A stretch of 64,000 bases of DNA from Vulcanimicrobiota bacterium (GTDB taxonomy: Bacteria; Vulcanimicrobiota; Vulcanimicrobiia; Vulcanimicrobiales; Vulcanimicrobiaceae): contig CAWAZM010000017.1 of NCBI GenBank assembly GCA_963786515.1, positions 17,832-81,831 on the forward strand, in the 5' to 3' direction. Shown piece after piece: positions 19,106 through 29,064 of the stretch; position 1 is the stretch's first letter; every line of letters begins with the position of its first letter. Position numbers and translations under genes: made by a program. Under the pieces are notes generated by a model, which was not told where the DNA came from, ran no database searches, and was given only the letters and a program-made list of their open reading frames with translations.

Positions 19106-19924
19106 ATGAACGCGAACAAAGCCCTCTGGGAAAAAGGCGACTTCACCCGTATCGCGGACACGATGCGCGAGAGCGGATCCGGGTTCGTCTGACGGCCTCG
19201 GAATCAAACCTGGCATGAAGGTTCTCGACCTCGGCTGCGGCGATGGGACGACCGCGCTACCGCCGCGACGCCTCGGAGCCGACGTGCTGGGTGTGGATAT
19301 CGCGAGCAATCTGGTCGAGCGTGGTAATGCGCGTGCCAAAGAGGCCGGGCTTGACAATATTCGATTTCAAGAAGGCGACGCGTGCGAGCTGGCCGGGACT
19401 AGCCGGACGCGTCGTTCGACCTCGTCGTAAGCGTGTTCGGCGCGATGTTTGCGCCGAAGCCAATCGACGTCGCGCGCGAGATGGTGCGCGTGACGCGCCC
19501 AGGCGGCCGCATCGTTATGGGCAACTGGATTCCGAACGATCCGACGCTGGTGGCGCAGATCCTCAAGATCAGCGCATCGTTCTCGCCGCCGCCTCCCGAA
19601 GGCTTCGTGAGCCCGATGTTGTGGGGCGTCGAAGCGAACGTCGTGGAGCGATTCGGCGCGGCCGGGATTCCGCCGGAAAACATTACGTTCGATCGCGATA
19701 CGTTCACGTTTAGAACGGCGGGAAAACCCAGCGACCTGGTTGACCTGTTTCAACACTATTACGGTCCGACGATGAACGCGTTCGATGCCGCCGAGAAAGC
19801 CGGCCGTTCGGATGAATTGCGTACTCAGCTCGTCGAGCTATTCGAACGGCAGAACGGCGGTGGCGACGCGGTGGCGATTCCCGCTACATTCCTGAAGGTG
19901 ACGGTCACCAAACCCAACGGGTAA
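19106..19924 (+). pseudogene. Class I SAM-dependent methyltransferase split by two frame breaks
   Basis: Three collinear pieces. 19106-19192 is MNANKALWEKGDFTRIA. 19215-19430 is VLDLGCGDGT motif I. 19433-19924 is DLVVSVFGAMF...VTRPGGRIV. Breaks are at about 19186-19196 and 19395-19412. Confidence 0.7.
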
Positions 19925-20378
19925 GTGTGGCCTAACGGTAACGAATTGCTACCTCCGCTCAGGGCTCCCGACGGCTCGTTCGCGACGTATGACGCGCCGC
20001 GTACTCGAGCGGCGTACGCCGATCCGGCCGTGGGCGACTATTGCGAATGTGCTGGGTGTAGAAACTACAGAGCGGCCTGGAAACCTGAATACTTTGAGCC
20101 TGACGCTCCTGGCCGCATGCAAAACCATCGGCATAAATCCATCGAAGGCGTTTGAAACCGTAGAGGTGGGTTCGAAAGAAAGTGGCGTCTTTTACATTGG
20201 AGAGCTTCCCTTCTTCGGGGAAGTTGACGAAACGCGCGACCCGGGTATCGAAGCGTCTCAGTGGCGGTTTACACAGGTTGGACCTGGAGCCGGCGCATTC
20301 GCGGACGGTTTAGTCGCAATCAGCTTCGAACTCGAATTGCCTTGGGTCTTGCCGGAACCGAATCCGTACCTACCGTAG
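19925..20378 (+). pseudogene. Hypothetical Cys-motif protein, one frame break near 20095-20110
   Basis: ORF 19925-20155 (DYCECAGCRNY...KPEYFEPD) continues collinearly in ORF 19989-20378 (LLAACKTIGINPSKAFETVEV...). Confidence 0.45.
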
Positions 20379-20402
20379 GTCGCGCCGACAAAGCGACCGC
20401 AC

Positions 20403-21471
20403 CTAAAAAGCCCGGATGCCGTTGGGCGATCCCCAGCCCGAGCACGTGTTGAACGGACCGTGCGAGTAAGAGCATGCACTTCCACCGCTAGCCGAATAAA
20501 GATACTTTTGGTGTGCCTTTTCCCAAAACGTGCGCCCACCAAGTTGCTTCGGTGCATTGCCCGCCAATCCGAAAACGCCGGCGAGAAATGGCGTCGATAT
20601 CGACGTTCCGTTGACGCTCAGCCAACCGTTGTAACCGTACGTGTCGTACATGGCAACGTCTTTGGCAACGGCAGAAACGTCGTTCCCAATTCTGTACGCA
20701 CAATACGATCGAAAGCGTTGCCACTTGGGCTTTGGCACGCCGCTCGCACATCCGTCCGGCGATTCCCATACTGACTCGCTCCAACCGCGCTTGTCGCTGC
20801 TCTTTGAAAGCACCGTACCTCCAACCGCGACGACGCTGTCGAACGCAGCGGGTTCGTCCGCGCCGGTGCTCCCGGCGGCGAGATACTCGACGCCCGGCGT
20901 GTCGAAGTACGATTGGTCCATACTGGAGCTGGAGAACCCGTTGCTGACGATGTGCGCGCCGAGCGTTACGGCCTGGGCTTCGGCCGCCTCGATGTCGCTC
21001 GCACTGTTGGAATTCGCTTCGATCAAATACATCGTGCACTTCGGGCAGCTTGCGGAGACCATGTTGACGCTGAGATCGATCTCGATGCCCCATTCCGAGT
21101 TTCCCTGCGGATAATCGCCTTTGTCCCCCTGTTGATTATATTTCGTAAAGTTTGCCTTCGGGAGTCCGAACGTTGACCGGTACTCGTTCAAATCCGCGGC
21201 GACGTTGGGATTGTCGTACGCATCGACGATTGCGACGACCTGACCGTTTCCCTTCGTTGCGGAGGGAAGGTTATAGGCCGACTGAAGGTCGGCGGGCGTC
21301 CAGCCCGAGATGCCGGTGCGAGCACTGGTGGGCCGAATACTACTGTTGGGGCCGCACGCTCGACTGCTGCGCCGAGCGAGATCCGCCGATCTGCATCGGG
21401 GAACTGCATCCCGAAAGCATCGCGAGCATGACGCCAGCTCCGAGCGCAGCTTGAAGTGTAGACGTTCGCAC
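20403..21471 (-). pseudogene. S53-like lipoprotein peptidase (divergent 4th paralog), frame break after the signal peptide
   Basis: GTG at 21471 gives VRTSTLQAALGAGVMLAMLSGCSS, which contains a lipobox. The mature part (ACGPNSS...GWTPADLQSAYNL, VAIVDAYD, EIDLSVNM, NGTSISTPFLAG) is in the adjacent frame. The break is at about 21345-21385. Confidence 0.6.
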
Positions 21472-21554
21472 CTCGTCGCGTTCGGCACCGCTTGGCCACC
21501 GCCTCGATTTCACAACCGGGGGCACTCTCGAGCCACGCAGAAACCTAAAGACGA

Positions 21555-22724
21555 ATGTTTTCCTATCTGACGGCTGGAGAATCGCACGGCCCGGCGCTCG
21601 TTGGCATCCTGGACGGATTGCCGGCCCACTTGCGCCTCGACGTCGCGCTCATCGACGAAACGCTTCGACGCCGTCAGGGCGGCTACGGTCGCGGCGCTCG
21701 CATGCAAATTGAATCCGACGCGGTCGAGTTCTTGGCCGGCCTGCGGGGCGGCGAAACGCTTGGATCGCCGATCGCCGTGCTGGTGCGTAACCGCGATTAT
21801 CTGACGCCGAGCGTGCGCGCGCTGATGGACCCTCTCACAGGCGCAGGCCCGGCGCTCACCAATCCGCGCCCCGGCCATGCCGATTTTTCGGGCGCTCTCA
21901 AGTATCGTCAACGCGATCTGCGTAACGTGCTCGAACGCGCCAGCGCGCGCGAAACGGCGATGCGCGTATGTCTCGGCGCGATCTGCGCGCAGTTTCTCGA
22001 GGCCATCGGTATTTCTACGCACAGTTGCGTCGACCTGATCGGCGACGTCGAGGCGCCGTCGATCGAGGAGTGGAAGCAGGACGATGTGGACGCCTCCGAA
22101 GTGCGCGCGCCGGATGCAGAAACCGCGCGACGCATGATGGCCGCCATCGACACCGCGCGGGAGGCGGGTGATACACTCGGCGGGCGTTTCGTTATTCGCG
22201 TCGACGGCGTCCCGGCTGGTATCGGCAGCAATCGTCAGCCCAATCAACGACTGGATGGGATTCTCGCCGGCGCGTTGATGGGCATGCAGACCGCGCGTAG
22301 CGTCGAGATCGGCCTTGGCGCCGAATCGGCACGTCGTTCCGGCTCGCAAGCGCACGACACGTTTCACCTGGATGGCGATGCCGTCGGCCGCGGCAGCAAT
22401 CGGGCAGGGGGCATCGAGGGCGGCATGAGCAACGGGCAGCCGTTGGTCGTGCGCGTCTCGGTGAAACCGATCCCGACGTTGCGCAAGGCCCTGCCGTCGG
22501 TCAATTTGCATGAGAAGGCACACGCGCCGGCGGGAGTGGTGCGTAGCGACGTGTGCGTCGTCCCCGCTGCGTCGTTGGTGGGCGAAGCGATGGTGCGTCT
22601 CGCGTTGACCGCACCGATTCTCGAAAAATATGGCGGCGACTCGATGGAAGAAACGCTCGATAACCTGCGCCGTAGCAACGAGGCCGCAGCCGCGCTCTTC
22701 GCGCAACCTGCAGCGCAACCATGA
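21555..22724 (+). CDS. aroC: Chorismate synthase
   Basis: MFSYLTAGESHGPALVGILDG ... RPGHADF ... full-length 389 aa. Confidence 0.95.
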   Translation: MFSYLTAGESHGPALVGILDGLPAHLRLDVALIDETLRRRQGGYGRGARMQIESDAVEFLAGLRGGETLGSPIAVLVRNRDYLTPSVRALMDPLTGAGPALTNPRPGHADFSGALKYRQRDLRNVLERASARETAMRVCLGAICAQFLEAIGISTHSCVDLIGDVEAPSIEEWKQDDVDASEVRAPDAETARRMMAAIDTAREAGDTLGGRFVIRVDGVPAGIGSNRQPNQRLDGILAGALMGMQTARSVEIGLGAESARRSGSQAHDTFHLDGDAVGRGSNRAGGIEGGMSNGQPLVVRVSVKPIPTLRKALPSVNLHEKAHAPAGVVRSDVCVVPAASLVGEAMVRLALTAPILEKYGGDSMEETLDNLRRSNEAAAALFAQPAAQP

Positions 22725-23245
22725 AGCGCCACGTTGCGCTCGTTGGGTTCATGACGTCCGGAAAATCGAGCGTGGGACAGCGTCTCGCTCGCCGGCTGGA
22801 CTGCGCGTTCTACGACACCGATGCCATAGTTGAGCGCAGTCGCGGCACGATCGCCGAGATCTTCGCCAACGAAGGTGAAGCTGCATTCCGGCGTTACGAA
22901 ATGGAAGCGCTCGCCAAAGCTCTCAAGCCGAAAACACCCGCCGTCGTATCGTTAGGCGGCGGCACCCTTGGCGATGCGGAGAATCGAGAACTATTAGAGC
23001 AGCACGCGTATCGCGTGTTCGTTCGCCTGTCGCCGAGACGTGCCTACGAGCGCCTACGCCGTAGCCGCGTGTCACGGCCGCTGCTCGGCGCCGAGCCGAC
23101 CTGGGAGAGCGTCGAAGAACTCTACGCGCGGCGGCTGCCGCATTACTCGGCTGCGGAGTATATCGTTCACGCCGATGACGTCGCCACCCCGCGCATCGTC
23201 GATATAATAGTGGAATGGATTCGCGAGCGCAAGATCGCGATCTAA
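22721..23245 (+). CDS. aroK: Shikimate kinase
   Basis: VALVGFMTSGKSSVGQRLA P-loop, 174 aa, ATGA coupling to aroC. Confidence 0.9.
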   Translation: MKRHVALVGFMTSGKSSVGQRLARRLDCAFYDTDAIVERSRGTIAEIFANEGEAAFRRYEMEALAKALKPKTPAVVSLGGGTLGDAENRELLEQHAYRVFVRLSPRRAYERLRRSRVSRPLLGAEPTWESVEELYARRLPHYSAAEYIVHADDVATPRIVDIIVEWIRERKIAI

Positions 23246-24315
23246 CCCTTACCGTTCGCAACGACACGCTCGGCTATCCGGTGTTTGTCGCCGAGAATAC
23301 CGATTCGGAGTTGCGAGCGTTCGTGCGGGATCGCGGCGATTCGGTTATCGTGCTGTGCGATGCCGCCCCGCCGGTGCGCGCGATCGCCACACGCGTTGGA
23401 GCGGCGCTCGGCCGCGCGCGAGTTCTGCCGTTTGAGCTGGGCGAAGCGCATAAGCGTTGGTCTACGGTCGAGGGCGTGCTCGACGGACTGGCCGAGAATG
23501 GTGTTGACCGCTCTACTCTGATCGTTGGCGTCGGCGGCGGCGTTGCCGCCGACCTGTTCGGCTTCGCGGCGTCCACGTATCTCCGCGGCGTTGCGTACGG
23601 ACACGTCGCGACATCACTCGTCGCAATGGCCGACGCTGCGATCGGCGGCAAGACCGGCGTGAACCTACGCGCCGGAAAAAACCTCGCCGGCGCGTTTTCC
23701 GATCCGGTCGCGGTGTTCTGTCCGGTTGAAGCGCTCGACACTCTTCCGTTTCACAACCTGCGCGACGGTTTGGCTGAAATCCTCAAGTGCGGCGTCATAG
23801 CCGGTGGCGATCTCTTCGATGCGTTAGAGAACATCTCGCCGCATCCGTTCTGGCGCTGGCCATGGGTCGAATGTGTTGCGGCGGCCGTAGCGGTTAAGAC
23901 GTCGATCGTCGCGGACGATCGTCGCGAAGCGGGATCGCGAGCGTTGTTGAATCTCGGCCACACGTTCGGGCACGCATTCGAACGTGCGTCGAACTATCGT
24001 ATCTCGCACGGCGCGGGCGTCGCGCTCGGGTTACGGGCTTCGGGGCTGCTCGCGCTGCGGACCGGACGCTTCAACGAAGGCGACCACCTACGGGTTCTGA
24101 CGTTATTGACGCTGCTCGGAATGCCGATGCAAACGCGCCTCGATTCCGACGCCGTCTTGGCAGCCATGCAAAGCGACAAGAAGAAGCGTAACGGTAAACT
24201 ACGCTTTGTGTTGCCCCGCACCATCGGCGAGGTCGAGTACGGCGTAGAATGCACGACCGCACAAGTGCGCGCGGTGCTCGAGCAGATGGGCCGAACGCCG
24301 GGTGAGGAAGGCTGA
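23215..24315 (+). CDS. aroB: 3-dehydroquinate synthase
   Basis: GVGGGVAADLFGFAAS ... DAAIGGKTGVN ... LNLGHTFGHAFE. The only in-frame start before the conserved N-terminus is the ATG at 23215. Confidence 0.9.
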   Translation: MDSRAQDRDLTLTVRNDTLGYPVFVAENTDSELRAFVRDRGDSVIVLCDAAPPVRAIATRVGAALGRARVLPFELGEAHKRWSTVEGVLDGLAENGVDRSTLIVGVGGGVAADLFGFAASTYLRGVAYGHVATSLVAMADAAIGGKTGVNLRAGKNLAGAFSDPVAVFCPVEALDTLPFHNLRDGLAEILKCGVIAGGDLFDALENISPHPFWRWPWVECVAAAVAVKTSIVADDRREAGSRALLNLGHTFGHAFERASNYRISHGAGVALGLRASGLLALRTGRFNEGDHLRVLTLLTLLGMPMQTRLDSDAVLAAMQSDKKKRNGKLRFVLPRTIGEVEYGVECTTAQVRAVLEQMGRTPGEEG

Positions 24316-25223
24316 TGGGCGCTTGGGGACCGGGGCTGTATTCCAACGACTTCGCGCTCGACTTGCGATCGACGCTCAAAGCGCTTGCGCGTTTACCGTT
24401 CGACGGCGACCGTATTTTAGAAATCGCTCGTGAATCAATGCCCGAAGAGGCGAACGACTCAAAAAGCACCGATTATCCGACCTTCTGGCTCGTCCTCGCG
24501 GACCAATTTCACAAGCGCGGGATTGCAAGCGATCGGCCTAGGGACGTCGCCCTAGCCATCATCGATTCGGGCGTAGACGCGACCAACATGCGCGAGCTCG
24601 GAATGTCCGAAGCCAACCTGCAAAAGCGCTCGCGGAAATTGTCGGAACTGCGGACGCGTCTCCTGGATACCCCACCTGGGAATCGTTCCCCACAACTGAA
24701 CAAACCGCAAACATTCATCCTGGATATCGGCGACGTCTTCATTTATCCGGTCCTTAGAGGAGATGCCATCAACCCGTATTTCCCCGATTACAGGGGAAAG
24801 TTCGACTGGAAGCCTGATGCCTGGGCCTCGTGCATCATCTTAAACCGTGGCCGCGCTTTCGACTTTTTCTCTTGGTACACGATACTAACTGCCAAACACG
24901 CTATGGCGGTAATACCGCCAATCGCGGACCTCAAGCAACGCGCTTGGGTTTTTCAAGGCACCGGGACGTGTAGTCGCACGCACCTAAAGAAGTTGGAATT
25001 CGAACGCATCGGTACGGTTAACCTCGATGCTGGCCGAATTCACGACGTGTTCGGCGAATTGCCGGATGGGACGTGGGAGGCGGCACAAGATATATCGATC
25101 GCGAATCGTTTAGGCGTCGTACCTGACCCGCCATCACGCACGTACCGTAACTGGGATAAAGTGCCTACGACAACGTTGTGCGACCTATGCGTGCCGGACG
25201 AAGCCTTGGAGGACGAGGGATAA
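24315..25223 (+). CDS. Hypothetical protein with a DUF4259-like N-terminus
   Basis: MGAWGPGLYSNDFALDL resembles the DUF4259 signature as I remember it. 302 aa. TGATG coupling to aroB. Confidence 0.5.
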   Translation: MGAWGPGLYSNDFALDLRSTLKALARLPFDGDRILEIARESMPEEANDSKSTDYPTFWLVLADQFHKRGIASDRPRDVALAIIDSGVDATNMRELGMSEANLQKRSRKLSELRTRLLDTPPGNRSPQLNKPQTFILDIGDVFIYPVLRGDAINPYFPDYRGKFDWKPDAWASCIILNRGRAFDFFSWYTILTAKHAMAVIPPIADLKQRAWVFQGTGTCSRTHLKKLEFERIGTVNLDAGRIHDVFGELPDGTWEAAQDISIANRLGVVPDPPSRTYRNWDKVPTTTLCDLCVPDEALEDEG

Positions 25224-27607
25224 TCCGCGTCGTCGAGGTCCTGGCGGCGTTGCGCACGTCGCGGTTCGATCTGCCGCTCAGTTACGACGCCGGCGATTTA
25301 GAATTGCAGGTCGGCGATGTCGTCCGCGTGTCGTTGGGTAAACGCGATGTCGTCGGGTACATCGTTTCTGCGCCGCGTCAGCAGCTGTCCGGCGAACGCC
25401 AACTTAAGCTGGTGCTCGAACGTCTCGACGTGCCGCGTGCATTCGACGAGGAAGCGCTCCATCTGGCGAAGTTCGTCGCCGATCGCTATATCTGTACGTT
25501 AGGCGAAGCGCTAGGCGCCGCGGTACTGGCCGGCGCGGTGCCGCACGTCCGCGATACGCTCCACCGGTCGCCCGAGCTACCCGATCCGGATCGCTTTGGC
25601 GGCGTACCGCAACGCCTGATCGAGCTGATCTGGCGCGATTTACCGGCGGAGACTCCGCTACCGCAATTGCTGCGTCACCCGGAAGCGCGCCGAGCGGGAG
25701 ATCGCGCTGCGTTGCTTCGCGCCATTCAGCAACTCGTTCGCGGCGGTGCGCTCCGTCGCACGCGCGAGTTCGTCAAACCTCGAACCAGCGAATATCGCGT
25801 GCGCACGCTGTCGCTTGGAAGCGCGGCAGCAACCGGCAAGAAAGCGCGTGCCTTGGCAGAGTTTGTGGCCGAAAGCGGTTCGGTGCCGCGCGCCGACGCG
25901 TTGCTCGCCGGCTTTTCGCAAGCGGTGATCCGGCGCGCCGTGACACTTGGCGTCTTGATAGAAGAAGAACTGGCGGTGCGACGTAGCCAGACGCCGCCGA
26001 TCCAGCTACCCGATTTCGAGGCGACGTCCGAACAGCGCATCGCAATCGATCGCATCGCCGCTGCGCTCGACGCGCACGCCTACGACGAGTTGCTGGTGCA
26101 TGGCGTCACCGGTAGTGGCAAGACGTTCGTCTATATCGACGCGATCGCTCGCGTACTGCGAGAAGGCGGACGGGCCATCGTGCTCGTTCCCGAAATCTCG
26201 CTAACGCCGCAAACGGCGCATCGGTTCGAATCCGCATTCGGCAATCGGGTCGCCGTACTGCATTCGGCGCTCTCCGAACGAGAGCGCTTCGATGCCTGGC
26301 AGGCGTGCGTTGCCGGCGACATCGATGTCGTGGTTGGAGCGCGCAGCGCCGTTTTCGCGCCGCTGCAAAACGTCCGGCTTGTGGTCGTTGACGAATCGCA
26401 CGAAGCGTCGTACAAGCAAGACACGGTACCCCGTTACCACGCAGTGGCCGTGGCCCGCGAACGGATGCGCGCTGTCGCCGGAGTGTTGGTGCTGGGCAGC
26501 GCTACGCCCTCGATCGAGAGCTACGCTGCAGCCCGCGCCGGGCGCATCGCGTTGATCGAAATGCACGAACGCGCCACCCGGCTGCCGCTACCCGCGGTGC
26601 GGATCGTTGACCTCGCCGAAGAGTTCGGCGCCGATCGACATCGCGTGTTTTCGACGCCATTGTTGCAAGGGATCCGCGAACGGCTCGATCGTGGCGAGAA
26701 GACCGTCCTGTTCGTCAACCGGCGCGGCAGCGGGGCATTCGTGTTGTGCCGCAGTTGCGGTGAAGTGCCGCGTTGCCCGCGCTGCACGGTCTCGCTCGCA
26801 GCGCATGGGGGCGAAAAACTGCTGCGTTGCCATTACTGCGATTTTCAAATGCGCGTTCCAGAGGTTTGCGCGAACTGCGGCGCGGCCGGCTTACACGAAT
26901 ACGGTGTTGGGACGGAGCGCGTGGTAGAAGAAGTGCGAGCGCTGTTTCCGCAAGCGCACGTCGTGCGTATGGATTCCGACACCACAACGCACGTCGGCGA
27001 CCACGCGCGCATCCTTACCGAGTTCGGCGAACGCGGCGATGTGCTCGTTGGAACGCAGATGGTGGCCAAGGGCTTAGATTTTCCGACCGTCACGTTGGCG
27101 GCTGTTGTCGCTGCCGACATCGGATTGAACGCGCCGGATTTTCGAGCATCGGAACGGAGCTTTAGCGTGATCGCGCAACTGTGCGGACGCAGCGGCCGCG
27201 CTCGACCGGGCGAGGCGATCGTGCAGACGTTTTCACCGGAGCACCCAGCGATCTTGGCTGCCGCAGCGCACGATTACGAAGGCTTCGCAAACGCCGAACT
27301 GGAGCAGCGCGCCGCGGCGGGTTTCCCACCATCCCGGAGGTTGGTGTATCTCGGGATCATCTCCCGCGATCAGAAGCTTGCGTTATCCACCGCGCGCAAG
27401 TACGCCGGCCTACTCAAAAGCACCGAGGGAACCGGCGTGCTCGGTCCGGCTCCGTACCCGATCGCACGACTTAATCGCGAATGGCGCTACCGTCTCGCAA
27501 TCGCGACCCTCAAGCCGGCGCTCGTACGAGCCGCGATCCGCGAACGCATCGTCCCACTCGCTCACGCCGATACCAACACGCGTCTGGCAATCAACGTCAA
27601 CCCATAG
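25178..27607 (+). CDS. priA: Primosomal protein N-prime (replication restart helicase)
   Basis: GVTGSGKT Walker A, VVDESH, Cys-rich zinc region CRSCGEVPRCPRCTVSL...CHYCDF...CANCG. Start is uncertain (25178 GTG or 25187 ATG). Confidence 0.9.
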   Translation: MRPMRAGRSLGGRGIIRVVEVLAALRTSRFDLPLSYDAGDLELQVGDVVRVSLGKRDVVGYIVSAPRQQLSGERQLKLVLERLDVPRAFDEEALHLAKFVADRYICTLGEALGAAVLAGAVPHVRDTLHRSPELPDPDRFGGVPQRLIELIWRDLPAETPLPQLLRHPEARRAGDRAALLRAIQQLVRGGALRRTREFVKPRTSEYRVRTLSLGSAAATGKKARALAEFVAESGSVPRADALLAGFSQAVIRRAVTLGVLIEEELAVRRSQTPPIQLPDFEATSEQRIAIDRIAAALDAHAYDELLVHGVTGSGKTFVYIDAIARVLREGGRAIVLVPEISLTPQTAHRFESAFGNRVAVLHSALSERERFDAWQACVAGDIDVVVGARSAVFAPLQNVRLVVVDESHEASYKQDTVPRYHAVAVARERMRAVAGVLVLGSATPSIESYAAARAGRIALIEMHERATRLPLPAVRIVDLAEEFGADRHRVFSTPLLQGIRERLDRGEKTVLFVNRRGSGAFVLCRSCGEVPRCPRCTVSLAAHGGEKLLRCHYCDFQMRVPEVCANCGAAGLHEYGVGTERVVEEVRALFPQAHVVRMDSDTTTHVGDHARILTEFGERGDVLVGTQMVAKGLDFPTVTLAAVVAADIGLNAPDFRASERSFSVIAQLCGRSGRARPGEAIVQTFSPEHPAILAAAAHDYEGFANAELEQRAAAGFPPSRRLVYLGIISRDQKLALSTARKYAGLLKSTEGTGVLGPAPYPIARLNREWRYRLAIATLKPALVRAAIRERIVPLAHADTNTRLAINVNP

Positions 27608-27663
27608 CCTTACCAAGTCGAACCGTAGCTTTACGAATCGGTAGCCGATCCGAGCCATTTCTA

Positions 27664-27697
27664 CTTTGAAAAGGCGAGCGCGTTTTGCGCCCGCCTT
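27664..27697 (-). terminator. Intrinsic terminator after S53 copy 1 (may also serve priA on the other strand)
   Basis: Minus-strand RNA GGCGGGCGC-AAAAC-GCGCUCGCC followed by UUUUCAAA. Confidence 0.6.
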
Positions 27698-27720
27698 TCG
27701 TTCGTACGCGAATGCCGGCG

Positions 27721-28989
27721 CTACAGCGCTCTCGGGACGATCGGTGTGCCCCATCCGGCCGGACCGGAATAGACGCCGAACTGATTCGTTCCCGCCGTGC
27801 ACAGATAACTGCCGCCGCAACTCCCGTTGCTGCCGCTGCTAATCACGTGCAATCGATTCGTCTTTTGCTTGGCATCCAGCGACCAAACCCACTGGCCGCC
27901 GTTTAATTTGCTTCCATTTCCGGCCAACGCTACGACGCCGCCCAGAAGCGGCGAAGCGACGCTCGTTCCGCACTCGAAGAACCAGCCACCGTATAGGCCC
28001 GAGTACATCGCAACGCCCGGCTGGCAACCGGCTTGGGCTGCAATGTCCGAATCGGTGCGCCCCGAGCAACCTGGATCGGTTTGCCACGACGGCTTCGAGA
28101 CCGAAGTCTCGCAGCCCGAGCCGGCGTCGTTCCACGCGGTTTCGGTAAACGTCTTACCGCTCGTCTCTAATTGCGTTCCGCCAACCGCGATCACGGTCGA
28201 TAAAACCGACGGTCCGCCGATTTCGTTATACGCTTCGTCACCCGACGAAGCGAGGTAGGTGATGCCCTTCGTGTTAAACGAGTTCGGAAAGTTCGAGTCG
28301 CCGCAATTCCAGTTGCCATAGCAAATCCAGCTATTGCTGATAATCTTGGCACCCAATTTTACTGCGGCCTGATTCGCGGCTTCGAAACCTGCGATCGATC
28401 CGTCGGCTTCCATGAGGTCGATCGTGCAGTTCGGACACGTCGCCGATACCATGTCGAAGTCGAGCGCGGTCTCGACGCACCAGCCGAAGTCTTCGCAGCT
28501 TTCGGGTAGATTGCTCGTCTGCCCGTTCTGGTTGTAACGGATGATGTTGGCCTTCGGCAGTTTGAATTGCTTGCGGTACGTACCGACGTCGGCGGTCGCA
28601 TCCGCGTAGTCGCCGGCCTCGATGATCGCGACTTGAATACCGCTGCCCTTGGCGAGGTTTTTCGTGTTGAGTCCGTACGCGGATTGAATCTGCGCGGGCG
28701 TGAAGCCGCAACTCGACGACGGATTGCACGCAGCCGGCGCAACGCCGTTCTTCAGGCCGCGCAAGGCCAAACATGCTGGCCTGCCGGTGACTTGCGGACA
28801 CTCGGGACGGGCTTGACCTTTGAGCAACCACTGAGGCCTAGCCGTAATCTGCTGGACGGCTGCGAAGGGCTTGGTGGCGGCAGTAGCGCCGGGCGTTCCC
28901 GGCACACTCGTGGATCCGCTGTCCGAGCTACAGGCTGAGATTGCAAACACCGCAATGAGCGGAAGAGCAATCTTCAAAGATGCGTTCAT
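27721..28989 (-). CDS. S53 (sedolisin-type) serine peptidase lipoprotein, tandem copy 1
   Basis: Lipobox AISACSS. VAIIEAGDY, Glu/Asp motif VETALDFDM, ISNSW, oxyanion motif ASSGDEAY, nucleophile CGTSVASPLLGG. About 20 Cys residues. Confidence 0.75.
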   Translation of the reverse strand: MNASLKIALPLIAVFAISACSSDSGSTSVPGTPGATAATKPFAAVQQITARPQWLLKGQARPECPQVTGRPACLALRGLKNGVAPAACNPSSSCGFTPAQIQSAYGLNTKNLAKGSGIQVAIIEAGDYADATADVGTYRKQFKLPKANIIRYNQNGQTSNLPESCEDFGWCVETALDFDMVSATCPNCTIDLMEADGSIAGFEAANQAAVKLGAKIISNSWICYGNWNCGDSNFPNSFNTKGITYLASSGDEAYNEIGGPSVLSTVIAVGGTQLETSGKTFTETAWNDAGSGCETSVSKPSWQTDPGCSGRTDSDIAAQAGCQPGVAMYSGLYGGWFFECGTSVASPLLGGVVALAGNGSKLNGGQWVWSLDAKQKTNRLHVISSGSNGSCGGSYLCTAGTNQFGVYSGPAGWGTPIVPRAL

Positions 28990-29007
28990 TCTGGCTCCCT
29001 TGTTGGA

Positions 29008-29040
29008 AGAAAAGAGCGGACGCTTTTGCGCCCGCCCTTC
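29008..29040 (-). terminator. Intrinsic terminator after S53 copy 2
   Basis: Minus-strand RNA GGGCGGGCGC-AAAA-GCGUCCGCUC (two G-U pairs) followed by UUUUCUUCC. Confidence 0.55.
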
Positions 29041-29064
29041 GCGAAGTTCGGGTTCGGTAGAACC

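Noticed and set aside
21510-22718. 402-aa ORF on the minus strand
   Set aside because: It lies exactly antisense to the intact aroC, is Arg/Ala/His-rich and has no motifs. This is a typical shadow ORF of GC-rich DNA.
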